Part shown: piece by piece, positions 30,990 to 42,606 of the stretch
Position numbering within the stretch: the first letter of the stretch is position 1
Layout: each line of letters starts with the position of its first letter
Assembly: GCA_963843845.1 (NCBI GenBank)
Contig: CAWJMB010000001.1
Span: 96,001 to 160,000 of the forward strand
DNA: 64,000 nucleotides
Reading direction: 5' to 3'
DNA from: an uncultured Gemmatimonadaceae bacterium
Lineage (GTDB): Bacteria; Gemmatimonadota; Gemmatimonadetes; Gemmatimonadales; Gemmatimonadaceae
Translations under genes and position numbers: made by a program
The notes under the pieces: generated by a model
What the model saw: only the letters and a program-made list of their open reading frames with translations
Databases searched by the model: none
What the model was told of the DNA's origin: nothing

Positions 30990-31830
30990 GCCGCTACTCG
31001 AGCCAGGAGCTCCACGAGCTCGCCGCCGCGTACGCGCTCGGCGCGACGACGTCGGAGGAGGCGGCGGCGGTCGAGGAGGCGATGCAGGCGTCGCCGGAGC
31101 TGGCCGCGGAGGTCGCGGCGTATCGTGACGTCGCCGCGTCGGTCGCGGCGACGCGCGCCGTCGCGCCCCCCCGGAGCTGCGCGACCGCGTGCTCGCGGCC
31201 ATCGCGCGCGACGTCACCCCGGCCGGGGCGAGCGTCGCGTCGCTCGACGCGGCGCGGGCCGTCCGCGCGGAACGCATCGAGCGCGCGGCGCCGAGGCGGT
31301 CGTGGACGACGACCGTGCTGTTCACGGCGCTCGCCGCGTCGGTCGCGTTCGCCGTCGTGGTGGGGAGGCAGAACGCCGCGCTGCGCCGCTCGCTCGACGC
31401 GCGCACCGACGCGCTCGCGACGGCGACGGCGAGTGTGCGGATGCGCGACCGGCAGATCGAGACGGTGCTCGAGGCGGAGAAGGACCTGTACGTCGCGCAG
31501 CTGACCTCGCTCGCCGGCGGCGACGTGGCGTCGGGTCCGGGGATCCAGCTCTTCTGGAACGAGCGGAAGCGCGCCGCGATGCTGCACGCGTTCCGACTCA
31601 AGCCGGCGCCGGCCGGCCGGAGCTATCAGCTCTGGCTCATCGTCGACGGCAAGCCGGTCTCGGCGAAGGTGTTCGACTCCGGCGCCGACGGGCACGCGAT
31701 CGTCGAAGACATCGCGATCCCCGATCGCGTCGTCGGCGTGACGCAGGTGCTGCTCACCGAAGAGCCGGCCGGGGGCTCACCGCTCCCGACGACCACGCCG
31801 TTCCTCGGCGGCGCGCTGACGAAGACCTGA
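30986..31830 (+). CDS. anti-sigma factor (RskA-like), frameshift at the C-run 31166-31172
   Basis: ATGA overlap with the sigma gene, ELAAAYALGA, one TM, L.PAPAGRSYQLWLI, TEEPAGGSP.PT. Confidence 0.88.
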
Positions 31831-31878
31831 AGGCACGACAGATGCGCGTCGAGCGCGCTCCACATCCTGGACGACCGC

Positions 31879-33479
31879 ATGCAGCCTGACGCCTCCCGTC
31901 CCGTCGAGGGCGCGAACCCCTCTCTCTGGCAGACGACCGCCGACGTTCCGCCGCGCCCGGCGCTCGACGCCGACGCGACGGTCGACGTCTGCGTCGTCGG
32001 CGCGGGGATCGCCGGACTCACGACCGCGTACACGCTCGCCCGTGCCGGTCGCTCGGTGGTCGTGCTCGACGACGGGCCCGGTCGGCGGCGGCGAGACGGG
32101 GCGCACGACGGCGCACGTCGCGACGTCGGTCGACGACTACTACCACGAGGTCGCGCGCATGCACGGCGAGGAGACCGCGCGGCGCGTCGCCGAGAGCTTC
32201 CGTGCGGCGGTCGACCACATCGAGCAGATCGTGCGCGACGAGTCGATCGACTGCGGCTTTCTGCGGCTCGACGGCTGGTGGTTCGCGGCCGGCGCCGCAC
32301 GGCGTCAGGAGCGGCTCGCGCGAGGAGCACGACGCGGCGCGCGCCGCCGGCGAGAGGCCGCCGAGCTCGTCGACGCCTGGCCGCTCGCGACGCGCACTGC
32401 CCGACGCGTCGTGCGTCCGGCCCGGCGCTGCGCTTTCCGCGTCAGGCGCAGTTCCACGCGCTGCGCTATCTCGCCGGGCTCGCGCGCGCCGTCGAGCGAC
32501 ACGGCGGCCGCATCTTCGCCGGCGCGCACGTCGCTCGACGTCGCGGACGCGACGAGCGACGCGCCGCTGCGTGGTCACGACCGAGCGGCGGCCGCACGGT
32601 GCGGGCGCGCGCACGTCGTCGTCGCGACGAACACGCCGATCAACGACCGCTTCGACGATGCACACGAAGCAGGCGCCGTATCGCACGTACGTCGTGCGGC
32701 CTGCGTGTGCGACGCGGCGAGCTCCCCGCGGGGCTCGTACTGGGACACGCTCGAACCCTACCACTACGTGCGCCTGTTCGACCCGAACGGCGCCGGACGC
32801 CGACGACGTGCTCATCGTCGGCGGCGAGGACCACAAGACGGGGCAGGGCGACGACTCGGAGGACGAGCCGCTTCGCCGCGGCTCGAGGCGTGGGCGCGCG
32901 AGCGCTTCCCGGTCGGCGACGTCGGTCGCTCGCTGGAGTGGTCAGGTCCTGGAGCCGGTCGACTACCTGGCGTTACATCGGGCGCAATCCGGGCGAGCGC
33001 CACGTCTGGATCGTCACCGGCGACTCGGGGAACGGCATCACGCACGGCACGATCGCCGGCATGCTGCTCCCCGAGCTGATCGCCGGCGCGCGAGTCGCCC
33101 TGGGCGGCGGTCTACGATCCGTCGCGCGTCTCGGTCAGCGCGGCGCCGGAGTACGTGAAGGAGAACCTCGAACGTCGCCGCGCAGTACGCCGACCTCGTG
33201 ACGCCGGGCGAGGTGCGCGACGTCGACCAGATCCCGGCCGGCGAAGGGCCGCGTGCTGCGCCAGGGGGCGCGCAAGCTCGCCGTGTATCGCGGCGACGAC
33301 GGCGCGCCTCACCGTTCGCATCCGCCGTCTGCCCGCACCTCTACTGCATCGTCGACTGGAACGGCGCCGAGAAGACGTGGGACTGCCCGTGCCACGGCTC
33401 GCGCTTCGCCGCCGACGGCACGGTGATCAACGGCCCCGCCGTCCACGCGCTCGCGGAGGCGACGCTCGACGAGCCGTGA
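31879..33479 (+). CDS. FAD-dependent oxidoreductase with C-terminal Rieske domain (YhfW-like), frameshifted
   Basis: DVCVVGAGIAGLTTA, GETGRTTAH, GGEDHKTGQ, TGDSGNGITHG, CPHL.C...WN..EKTWDCPCHGSRF. Confidence 0.9.
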
Positions 33480-33483
33480 GCGG

Positions 33484-34368
33484 TCAGAAGCCGCACGCGT
33501 TCGTCGTCCAGCGCACGACGGCGCGCGTCAGCTCGATCCGCCTGTCGTTGAACGAGTGATCGGTGTCCCACGTCATCTCCGTCAGGCGCGTCGCTCCGGC
33601 CGTGCGCAGCGCCGCGACGAGGTCGTCGTGGTACGGGTTGACCTCGTTGTCGAGCAGCAGGATCGGGCGCGTCGCGACCCCTACGGCGACCCGCGGAAGC
33701 TGCCACTCCGGGTGCGCCCGCAGCGACGCCATCATCGTCGACGCGTTTCCTTTGAGCGGCGCGCCCGGCGCCGTGAGCGAGGCGGTGTACTCCCGCAACT
33801 CTCGCGCGCTCGACGCGTCCTGCGCGTCGCGCCCGAAGTCCGCCGACTCCAGCGCGCCGATGCACACGACCCCCGGGTCGCGCGCGGCGCCGAGCACCGA
33901 GAGCCAGCCGCCCATGCTGTGGCCGATCAGCGCGACGCGCGCCGGGTCGATGCGAAAGCGCCGGACCTGCGCCGGCGCGCGCACCCACGCCAGCGCGGCC
34001 GCGACGTCCGCCTGCGCGTTCGCGAACGAGAACGTGCCGCCGCTCCCCCAGCTGCCGCGATAGTCGAAGTACAGCACGTGCGTGCCCGCGCGCCGGAGCG
34101 CCTGCGCGACGTCGAGGTTGCGCTCGTTGCCGGGAAAGCCATGTAACAAGATCACGACCGCGTGCGGCCGCGCGCCCTGGGCGAGCAGCACGAATCCGTT
34201 CATGCGCGAGCCACCGCTCGTCAGCGCGACCTCCTCGATCGCCGCCGGGAACGCGGAGTCGCGCGGCGTCGGGTCGGAGGTCACGGGATCCTGCGCGCCA
34301 GCGTCGGCGCCCGTGAGGCAGAGCGCCGCGGCGAGCGCGGCGCGGCGGGTGTCGAGTCGTGAGTGCAT
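33484..34368 (-). CDS. secreted alpha/beta hydrolase (S9-like)
   Basis: Signal peptide, LLHGFPGNERN, YRGSWGS.G, GHSMGG nucleophile elbow, TDHSF. Confidence 0.88.
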   Translation of the reverse strand: MHSRLDTRRAALAAALCLTGADAGAQDPVTSDPTPRDSAFPAAIEEVALTSGGSRMNGFVLLAQGARPHAVVILLHGFPGNERNLDVAQALRRAGTHVLYFDYRGSWGSGGTFSFANAQADVAAALAWVRAPAQVRRFRIDPARVALIGHSMGGWLSVLGAARDPGVVCIGALESADFGRDAQDASSARELREYTASLTAPGAPLKGNASTMMASLRAHPEWQLPRVAVGVATRPILLLDNEVNPYHDDLVAALRTAGATRLTEMTWDTDHSFNDRRIELTRAVVRWTTNACGF

Positions 34369-34488
34369 GGCGGCTACGATACGGCCGCGCCCGACGTGCA
34401 GGAAGCCGCGACACCCCCCGATCCGACCGTGGACACCGCGACGCCGTCCCGCGGCGCCCGCGGCGCCCGCGGCGCCCAGGTCGAGTGC

Positions 34489-36174
<1,686 letters not shown>

Positions 36175-36192
36175 GAAGTTCCGAGGTGCGCG

Positions 36193-36315
36193 TCAGACCG
36201 TGAAGTGGCGCTGCAACAGCCAGAGCAGCACGAGCGTGACGACCTGCACACTCATGACGCGCGCGAGGTTGCGCCGGAAGCGGCGCGCGTCGTCGGTCGG
36301 CGGGAGCTCCCTCAC
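36193..36315 (-). CDS. 40-aa single-TM protein directly upstream of the SSS transporter
   Basis: MRELPPTDDARRFRRNLARVMSVQVVTLVLLWLLQRHFTV. GTGA overlap with the upstream ORF; stop is 18 nt before the SSS start. Confidence 0.6.
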   Translation of the reverse strand: MRELPPTDDARRFRRNLARVMSVQVVTLVLLWLLQRHFTV

Positions 36316-36542
36316 GCGTCCTCGTACATCTCGTCGACGGCGAGGTGCGCGCCGGCCGGGCATGCGGGCGCGATGTCGTTCCCGCCCCGGAACTCCGCGC
36401 TCCACGAGTGCCCGGCGTCGTCGCGCCGGCAGCGCGTGACGTGGACCTCGCCGCCGGCGAGCTCGTGGCGCACCGAGCGCCGTTCCTCGAACGCGAGGAA
36501 CTCGGCCTCGGGAAGTTGCCGGCGAATGCTGCGGTGTGCCAT
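36312..36542 (-). pseudogene. internally deleted Uma2/DUF820 endonuclease
   Basis: The N-terminal motif EFLAFEE...RHEL.GGEV is joined directly to the C-terminal RRDD...W...L.VDEMYE. The PD-(D/E)xK core is missing (76 aa). Confidence 0.6.
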
Positions 36543-36640
36543 GCGTGCAGAATAGGGCCGAGCCGCGGCGCCCGAAAGCCGACGGCCGCACGACGCGATC
36601 GCGCGATCCTTCGCGAGCGCCGGGCATGAAGAGCGACGTG

Positions 36641-37804
36641 CTAGCGTGACGTGTCGAGCAGATCGGCGCGCGGCGCCACCCACCCCGGCACGTGCGCGGG
36701 GCACGTCGTCACGACCGCCGGCGACACGATCGTCGCGAACCCGCCGCGTCCGAAGCGCGCGTCCCAGAGCGCGACGCTTCCATCGGGCCGCCGCTCCCAC
36801 ATGGGGACGCGGATGAACTGCAGCGCGGCCGCGACGTCGCACCGCGTGCGCGCGAGGGAGACCAGCTCGGCGTGCGGCGCGCTCCACGCAGCCGGCATCC
36901 CGACGCGCGGACGCCCGCACGCCGTGCGGCCGGCGCGCGGCCACAGCGCGACGCTCGTCCGCGACACGCGATACGTCACCCCGTCGTCTTCGATGACGAG
37001 CCCCGAGATGCACGTCGGGTCGCCCGGCGCGGGAGAGAGCACGGCGTCGACGAACCCGGCGGACGCCGCGCGTCGCACCTCGGCTCGCGCGACGCGGGCG
37101 GTCGCGAGGAACGCGGCCTCCGCTGCGAGCCACGCGCACGCGCCGTAGAGCGCGACGCGCGGTGCCGCGGCGCGCCGCGTCAGCGCGAGCCAGAGCGCCG
37201 CGCCCACGGTGACCGCGACCGCCGCCTCGCGCGGCACCATCCCGGTCGCCCATGCCGCGGCGACGATCGCGCCGAACAGCAGCAGGAGGAGCGCGCGCCA
37301 GCCGCGCCCGCGGGCGAGCCAGAGCAGCGGCGGGATCGACGCGATCCACAGCCACGGCTCGACGATGAACACCGCATCGCCGTAGCGCCAGCGACTGTCG
37401 ACCGGCCAGAACGGGTGCACGCCGTAGCTGTTCGTCCAGTCGAGCGCGAGATGCGACAGCGTCCCGGCGACGCACAGTGCGAGCAGCCAGCCGCGAAGGT
37501 CGCGCGCGCGCGCGGCGCGCGAGCACGCCAGCACGAGCCCCCACACGACGAGCGCGCCGAGCAGTGCGACGACGATGGTGTGCGTGTGCCCGCGGTGGTG
37601 CAGCAGGTAGCCGAGCGGCCCCATGCCGAGCACGGGCCCCGCGTACACGAGGTCGACGTCCGGCAACTCCGCGGCGACGATCCCCGCGCCGAACAGCGCG
37701 CGCCGCACGGCGGGCGACGCGTCGGCGCCGGAGCGCGCCGACCGGAGCGCGCTCACCGACTCGGCGAGCAGCGCGCCGGCGAGCGCGTGGGTGACGTTGT
37801 CCAA
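36641..37804 (-). CDS. YdjM-like inner-membrane metal-dependent hydrolase
   Basis: MDNVTH.L.G, LPD.D, HHRGHTH, SHL.LDWTNSYG..PF.P. Confidence 0.88.
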   Translation of the reverse strand: MDNVTHALAGALLAESVSALRSARSGADASPAVRRALFGAGIVAAELPDVDLVYAGPVLGMGPLGYLLHHRGHTHTIVVALLGALVVWGLVLACSRAARARDLRGWLLALCVAGTLSHLALDWTNSYGVHPFWPVDSRWRYGDAVFIVEPWLWIASIPPLLWLARGRGWRALLLLLFGAIVAAAWATGMVPREAAVAVTVGAALWLALTRRAAAPRVALYGACAWLAAEAAFLATARVARAEVRRAASAGFVDAVLSPAPGDPTCISGLVIEDDGVTYRVSRTSVALWPRAGRTACGRPRVGMPAAWSAPHAELVSLARTRCDVAAALQFIRVPMWERRPDGSVALWDARFGRGGFATIVSPAVVTTCPAHVPGWVAPRADLLDTSR

Positions 37805-37843
37805 CGACCGACGACCGTCAGGCGCTGCCGTGAGCCGGACGCG

Positions 37844-39247
37844 TCACGCCGCCCGGTCGGTGCACGCGGCGTTCGACGGCACGTTCGGATTGTTCTCCTC
37901 CGCCTGCGGCACGGGGAAGTTCACGTCCGTGCCGTAATTCCCCCCTTTGTGCCACGCGCCGGTCGGGAACACCGTGTTCGCCGCGCGCCCGTACTGCCGG
38001 ATGAGTCGCCGGAAGTCCCCGGTGCGGTAGCCACGCCCGAACAGCCAGAAGCCGCGCTCGCGGAACAGCAGATCCTCGCGCGTCGTCTTCGATCCCGGAT
38101 CGGTCAGCGCGACGAGCCCCGCGATCCCGGCTTCGTTGCGCGCCTGGTTCAGCCGCGCGACGAAGCCCACGTTGTCCCCTGCCTTCAGCGCGGCCTCGGC
38201 CTCGATCATGCGCGCCTCGGTGCCGCTCGCGATCGCGACCGACGAGTCGCGCGTCGGCCAGATGAGCTGCACGTAGAGCGGCAGCGCCGAGCCGTCGTCG
38301 CGCGTGCGGATCGTCGTGCCGTTGCGCACGCACGTCGCGTCGCCGCCCACGCAGATCGGAAGGCGCGGGTCGGCCGCCGTCGCGAAGTCGAGCCCGTTGG
38401 CGCCCTCGGCCGTGCTGACGCTGTAGCGGCGTGCGATGTTGTTGAAGCTCCAGATCGCGTTGTCGATCGTCGTCTGCGAGTGCAGGTTCAGATAGCGGAA
38501 CGTCGTCGGCACGCCGGCGACCGCGGCCGCCGCGTCGGCCTGACGGTTGAGGTTCGTCAGGGCGCGCCCGCGAATCACGCGGAGCGCGTTGCGAACGCGG
38601 GCGTCGTTCGCCGCCGCTCCCGTGACGCTCGCGAGTCCCGAGTCCGCGTGCGCGAGCGCCTGCTCGAACGCCGCCGCGGTCGTGATCCGGACGCCGTACT
38701 GCTCGGGATCGCTCAGGTTGCCGAGGACGAGCCCGTTGCAGTAATGCTCGCCGATGATGGTCTCGACGTAGGCCTGGATGAAGTACATCTCGGCGACGTC
38801 GGTCGCCGACGCGGTCGGCACGTACTGCCGCAGGAGCCGCACCGCCTGGGCCGCGGCGAGCCGCGCGCGCTGCAGGTTCCGGTTGACGTCGGTCAGGAAG
38901 GTGTTCTGCGGCGTGATGACGCGCTGATCGACCTCCTGGCGCGCGATGAACGAGTCGCCGTTCTGCCACTCGTCGGTGAACAGGCCGCTCAGTAGGAACA
39001 GTCCCTCCGAGTTCGCGCCGCCATTGGTCAGTCCGCCGCCCGTGGTGGCCGCGGTCAGTCGCGCGATGGCGCCGATGCGCACCGCGTTCGCGCCGGCTGC
39101 CGACTGCACGTCGGACGGATTGATGATGTCGGGGTCGGTGACTTCGAGCAGCGCGCCCGCGTCGCAGGCGCCCAGCGCGCTCAGCGTGGCGACGCCGAGC
39201 GCCGCCGCGAGCGCCGTCGAGACCCGTCGAATCGTGGAAGAGTGCAT
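37844..39247 (-). CDS. SusD/RagB-like outer-membrane lipoprotein
   Basis: Lipobox LGAC, EARMIEAEA, LFRER.FWLF.RG.R.GD.RR, FPVP..E.NNPN. Confidence 0.9.
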   Translation of the reverse strand: MHSSTIRRVSTALAAALGVATLSALGACDAGALLEVTDPDIINPSDVQSAAGANAVRIGAIARLTAATTGGGLTNGGANSEGLFLLSGLFTDEWQNGDSFIARQEVDQRVITPQNTFLTDVNRNLQRARLAAAQAVRLLRQYVPTASATDVAEMYFIQAYVETIIGEHYCNGLVLGNLSDPEQYGVRITTAAAFEQALAHADSGLASVTGAAANDARVRNALRVIRGRALTNLNRQADAAAAVAGVPTTFRYLNLHSQTTIDNAIWSFNNIARRYSVSTAEGANGLDFATAADPRLPICVGGDATCVRNGTTIRTRDDGSALPLYVQLIWPTRDSSVAIASGTEARMIEAEAALKAGDNVGFVARLNQARNEAGIAGLVALTDPGSKTTREDLLFRERGFWLFGRGYRTGDFRRLIRQYGRAANTVFPTGAWHKGGNYGTDVNFPVPQAEENNPNVPSNAACTDRAA

Positions 39248-39257
39248 GGCGGGCGTC

Positions 39258-42200
39258 TCAGAAGCCGAAGGAGAGGCGGAACGCGAAGTACGTCGTCGGC
39301 GCGAACGCCTGGAACTCCGACGGCGCGTCGCCGGTCGTGCCGAACGCCTCGGGGTCGACGCCCGTGTACTTGGTCCACAGGATCCCGAGGTTGCGCACGG
39401 CGGCCGTCGCGTTCAGCGTGCGCCCGCGCAGATACCGCGTGACGAACGATTGCGGCGTCGTGAACGCCAGGCTCAGCTCGCGGAAGCGGAGGAAATCTCC
39501 GTCTTCGATGAACCCGCCCACGGTGCGGCTCGGGTGCTCGCGCACCGCGACCGAACGCGCCTGCTCGAACAGCGTCGCGTTCGGGCTGATCAGCCCCTCG
39601 CAGTTGTTGCGGCTCGCGCAGCGAATGCGCTCCGTGTTGTTGTAGATCTTGAAGCCCCCCTTGTAGTCGACCATCGCGCCGAGGCGCAGGCGGCTCTGCC
39701 AGAACGTGAAGCCGTTCGTGAGCGCGACGTCGACCTTCGGCAGCGCGTTGCCGACGAACACCGCGGTGTCGGTGACCGTGATCTCGCTGAGGCTCGCGGC
39801 CGCGTTGTACGTGATGATGCCGTCGTCGTCCTTGTCGGCGTACCCCGTGAGCGCGCGCAGCCACCAGCCGTAGAGCGGGTACCCTTCGCGCTGCTGCTGC
39901 GTGCTGCTCGTGACGATGTTCGGCACGCCGAGACGGACGATCTCGTTGACGTTGGTGCTGCCGTTCAGCGTGACGTCCCAGCCGAACTGCCGCGCCTGCA
40001 CGAGCTGCGCGTTGACGAGCGCCTCGAAGCCGGTGTTCCGGATCTGCCCGAGGTTCTCGAAGCGCGACGTCGCCCCCGTTCCGCTCGACGGCGGCAGCAC
40101 GCGGCTGATCAGCGCGTCACGCGACTTCTTGTCGTAGCGCGTCAATTCGGCGTTCAGGCGGCCGTTGAAGAACGTGCCGTCGATCCCCATCTCGAGCTCC
40201 GTCGAGCGCTCGGGCTTGAGGTTGCTGTTGCCCAACGTGCTGAAGACGAGCGCCGCCGCGTCGCCGCTCTCGAGCCGCGCCGTCGTCGTCGAGTAGTAGC
40301 GCACCGCGTCGATCGTCCCCGGCTGCACCCCCGACGCGCCGTACGCCGAGCGCAGCCGCAGCTGCGACAGCCACGCCGGCTTCGGGAAGGAGCGCTCGTC
40401 CGAGATGACGTAGGACGCCGAGAGCTTCGGGTAGAGCGCCGTCTTGAAGTTCGCGCCGAACGCGCTGTTGCGGTCCGAGCGGACGGCGCCCGTGAGGTAC
40501 AGCCGCTCGTCGAACGCGACGTTCTGCTCCACGAAGCCGCCCAACGTCCGCGTCTCGCTCGACGACTCGTCGGCCGTCTTCACGGCGGCGCCGGTGAGCG
40601 TCACGGCGCCCGGCGAGAGGCGCGTGCCCTGCGCGCCGTTGCGGTCGAAGATGCCGCGCACGTACTGCACGCCCACGCTCGTCTTCGACACGATCGACCG
40701 CGTCAGCCCGCGCGTCGCCGTCGCGCTCGCGTCCCCCGTGTACGTGAAGAAGTTCGTGCGGTTGTCGATCTTGAACCCCTGTCGCGAGTCGCCGGCCAGG
40801 TCCGGACAGTTCGCGAAGCGACAGAGCTGCGTGTCGACGCGATTGATGTAGTCGAGCCCGAAGTTCGCGCGGCCGGCGAGCCACGCGTACGGGCGGACGT
40901 TCGCGTTCGCCGACGTGATGAGGCGGCGGATGTTCTGCCGGGTGTAGGTCTGGTAGATGTCGCGCGGCGTGAACTGCCGCCACCCGTAGAGCGTGTCGCC
41001 CGTCGCCGACGTGTTGTACTTGTAGCCGAGCCCCCCGTACGTGTTGCCGGCGACGCCGTTCGTCCCCGAGTCGTCGCTCATCGGGAGGCGCAGGTCCTGA
41101 TCGGTGTAGCCGGCGCTGATCGCGGCGTCGAAGCGCGGCGTCAGCGCGAGGTTGAAATTCGAGCGAGCCGTGACGCGGCCCTGGTGGCTCGGCCGGCGCT
41201 CCACGTCGCGCAGCACGAGCCCGCGCGACGCGAGGTACCGCTCGTCGAACTCGGGCACCTTGAGCACGCCGGTCTCGTCCTCCCACTCGCCGTGGAGGAA
41301 GTAGCGGAGCGTCTCCGAGCCGCCGCTGAGCTGCCCGCCGTGCTGCTGCCGGTAGCCGAGACCGTTCGGCGTCGCGATGGGATCGTCGTACAGGTTGTAG
41401 CTCGTCACGCTGTCCTGCGCGCACACGTTCGCCGCGCGCTGCGTGAGCAGACACTGCACCGTGTTCGCGGGCGTCGACGTGGTGGCGGCCGTGCCGCTCC
41501 GCCACCCGCGATACGCGGTCGGGTACCGATTGAGGTCGGCGCGCGCGCCCTGCTCGGTCGTGTACGTCCACTGCGGCCGGCCGGCGACGCCGCGCTTCGT
41601 CGTGATGACGATGACGCCATTCGCGGCGTCGGTGCCGTAGAGCGTCGCCGCCGACGGCCCCTTCACGACGTCGATCGACTGGATCTCCTCGGGGTTGATG
41701 TCGTTCACGCGGGCCGGCGTCGTGCCCCCGACGCTGAGCGTCGACGAGCCCGTCCCCCCTTCGACGCGCACGCCGTCGATGATGTAGATCGGGTTGTTCG
41801 TCAGCGACAGCGAGCTCGTGCCGCGAATGCGCACGCGCGTGCCGGCGCCGATCTGCGTACCGGGGATCACGAGCACGCCCGGCGCGCGCGACGTCAGCAG
41901 ATCCGCGACGTTCGCGACGGGGCTCTGCTGCAGCGTCTTCGCCGCGTCGACTTTCGCGATCGCGTTGCCGACCTCGACGCTGCGCTGCTCGCCGGTCGCC
42001 GTCGCGACGACGGCGGTGAGCGTGGTCGCGACCTGGTGCAGCGAGAAGTTCGCGGTCGTCAACTGCCCCGCGCTCACGGTCACCGTCTGCTTCGCTTCCG
42101 CGTAGCCGACGCGGAGCACGCGCACGGTGAGCTGCCCCGGCGTGAGCCCACGCACCGTGTAGACGCCGTCGCTGTTCGTCAGCCCGCCGGCGTTCGTGCC

Positions 42201-42377
42201 GATGACACTGACCTGCACCGACGGCACCGGCGCGCGCGACGCCGCGTCGACGACCCGTCCCGTGACCCCGGTCGGCGTCTGGGCGTACGCGCGCGGCGCG
42301 AGCGCACCGAGCGCACCGAGCGCACCGAGCGCACCGCACGCGCCGAGGGCGGAGAGCGAACGGAGATGCCTGTGCAT
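39258..42377 (-). CDS. SusC/RagA TonB-dependent transporter
   Basis: RIRG..SL...NNPIYIIDG, DINPEEIQSIDVVKGPSAATLYG..AANGVIVITTKRG, LKPE.S.E.E.G, terminal ...LSFGF. Confidence 0.95.
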   Translation of the reverse strand: MHRHLRSLSALGACGALGALGALGALAPRAYAQTPTGVTGRVVDAASRAPVPSVQVSVIGTNAGGLTNSDGVYTVRGLTPGQLTVRVLRVGYAEAKQTVTVSAGQLTTANFSLHQVATTLTAVVATATGEQRSVEVGNAIAKVDAAKTLQQSPVANVADLLTSRAPGVLVIPGTQIGAGTRVRIRGTSSLSLTNNPIYIIDGVRVEGGTGSSTLSVGGTTPARVNDINPEEIQSIDVVKGPSAATLYGTDAANGVIVITTKRGVAGRPQWTYTTEQGARADLNRYPTAYRGWRSGTAATTSTPANTVQCLLTQRAANVCAQDSVTSYNLYDDPIATPNGLGYRQQHGGQLSGGSETLRYFLHGEWEDETGVLKVPEFDERYLASRGLVLRDVERRPSHQGRVTARSNFNLALTPRFDAAISAGYTDQDLRLPMSDDSGTNGVAGNTYGGLGYKYNTSATGDTLYGWRQFTPRDIYQTYTRQNIRRLITSANANVRPYAWLAGRANFGLDYINRVDTQLCRFANCPDLAGDSRQGFKIDNRTNFFTYTGDASATATRGLTRSIVSKTSVGVQYVRGIFDRNGAQGTRLSPGAVTLTGAAVKTADESSSETRTLGGFVEQNVAFDERLYLTGAVRSDRNSAFGANFKTALYPKLSASYVISDERSFPKPAWLSQLRLRSAYGASGVQPGTIDAVRYYSTTTARLESGDAAALVFSTLGNSNLKPERSTELEMGIDGTFFNGRLNAELTRYDKKSRDALISRVLPPSSGTGATSRFENLGQIRNTGFEALVNAQLVQARQFGWDVTLNGSTNVNEIVRLGVPNIVTSSTQQQREGYPLYGWWLRALTGYADKDDDGIITYNAAASLSEITVTDTAVFVGNALPKVDVALTNGFTFWQSRLRLGAMVDYKGGFKIYNNTERIRCASRNNCEGLISPNATLFEQARSVAVREHPSRTVGGFIEDGDFLRFRELSLAFTTPQSFVTRYLRGRTLNATAAVRNLGILWTKYTGVDPEAFGTTGDAPSEFQAFAPTTYFAFRLSFGF
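42300..42335. repeat. 4 x 9-bp tandem repeat (GAGCGCACC) in the SusC signal peptide
   Basis: Exact copies start at 42300, 42309, 42318 and 42327 and encode (GAL)4 on the minus strand. Confidence 0.9.
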
Positions 42378-42606
42378 ACGGACGGGTCTCGGGAGATAGG
42401 TCGGACGCACGCACGGCGAGCGTCGTGCGCGGGCCGGCGATCGGCGCGGTCGGCGCGATCGGCCGAACGTAGCGACCGATGCCGACTGCGCAACCCGCGG
42501 CACCGCGGCCGCGTGCACGGATCCCGGCGCCTCGGCCCCCGCTTCCGTTACGCGTCCACGCGCCCCATTCTCCGCCGACGTCCTTCTCCCTCCACCGACT
42601 CGTCGC

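Noticed and set aside
34448..34477. 3 x 9-bp CCCGCGGCG repeat between the SSS and hydrolase genes
   Set aside because: Pure-GC low-complexity repeat with no evidence of function.
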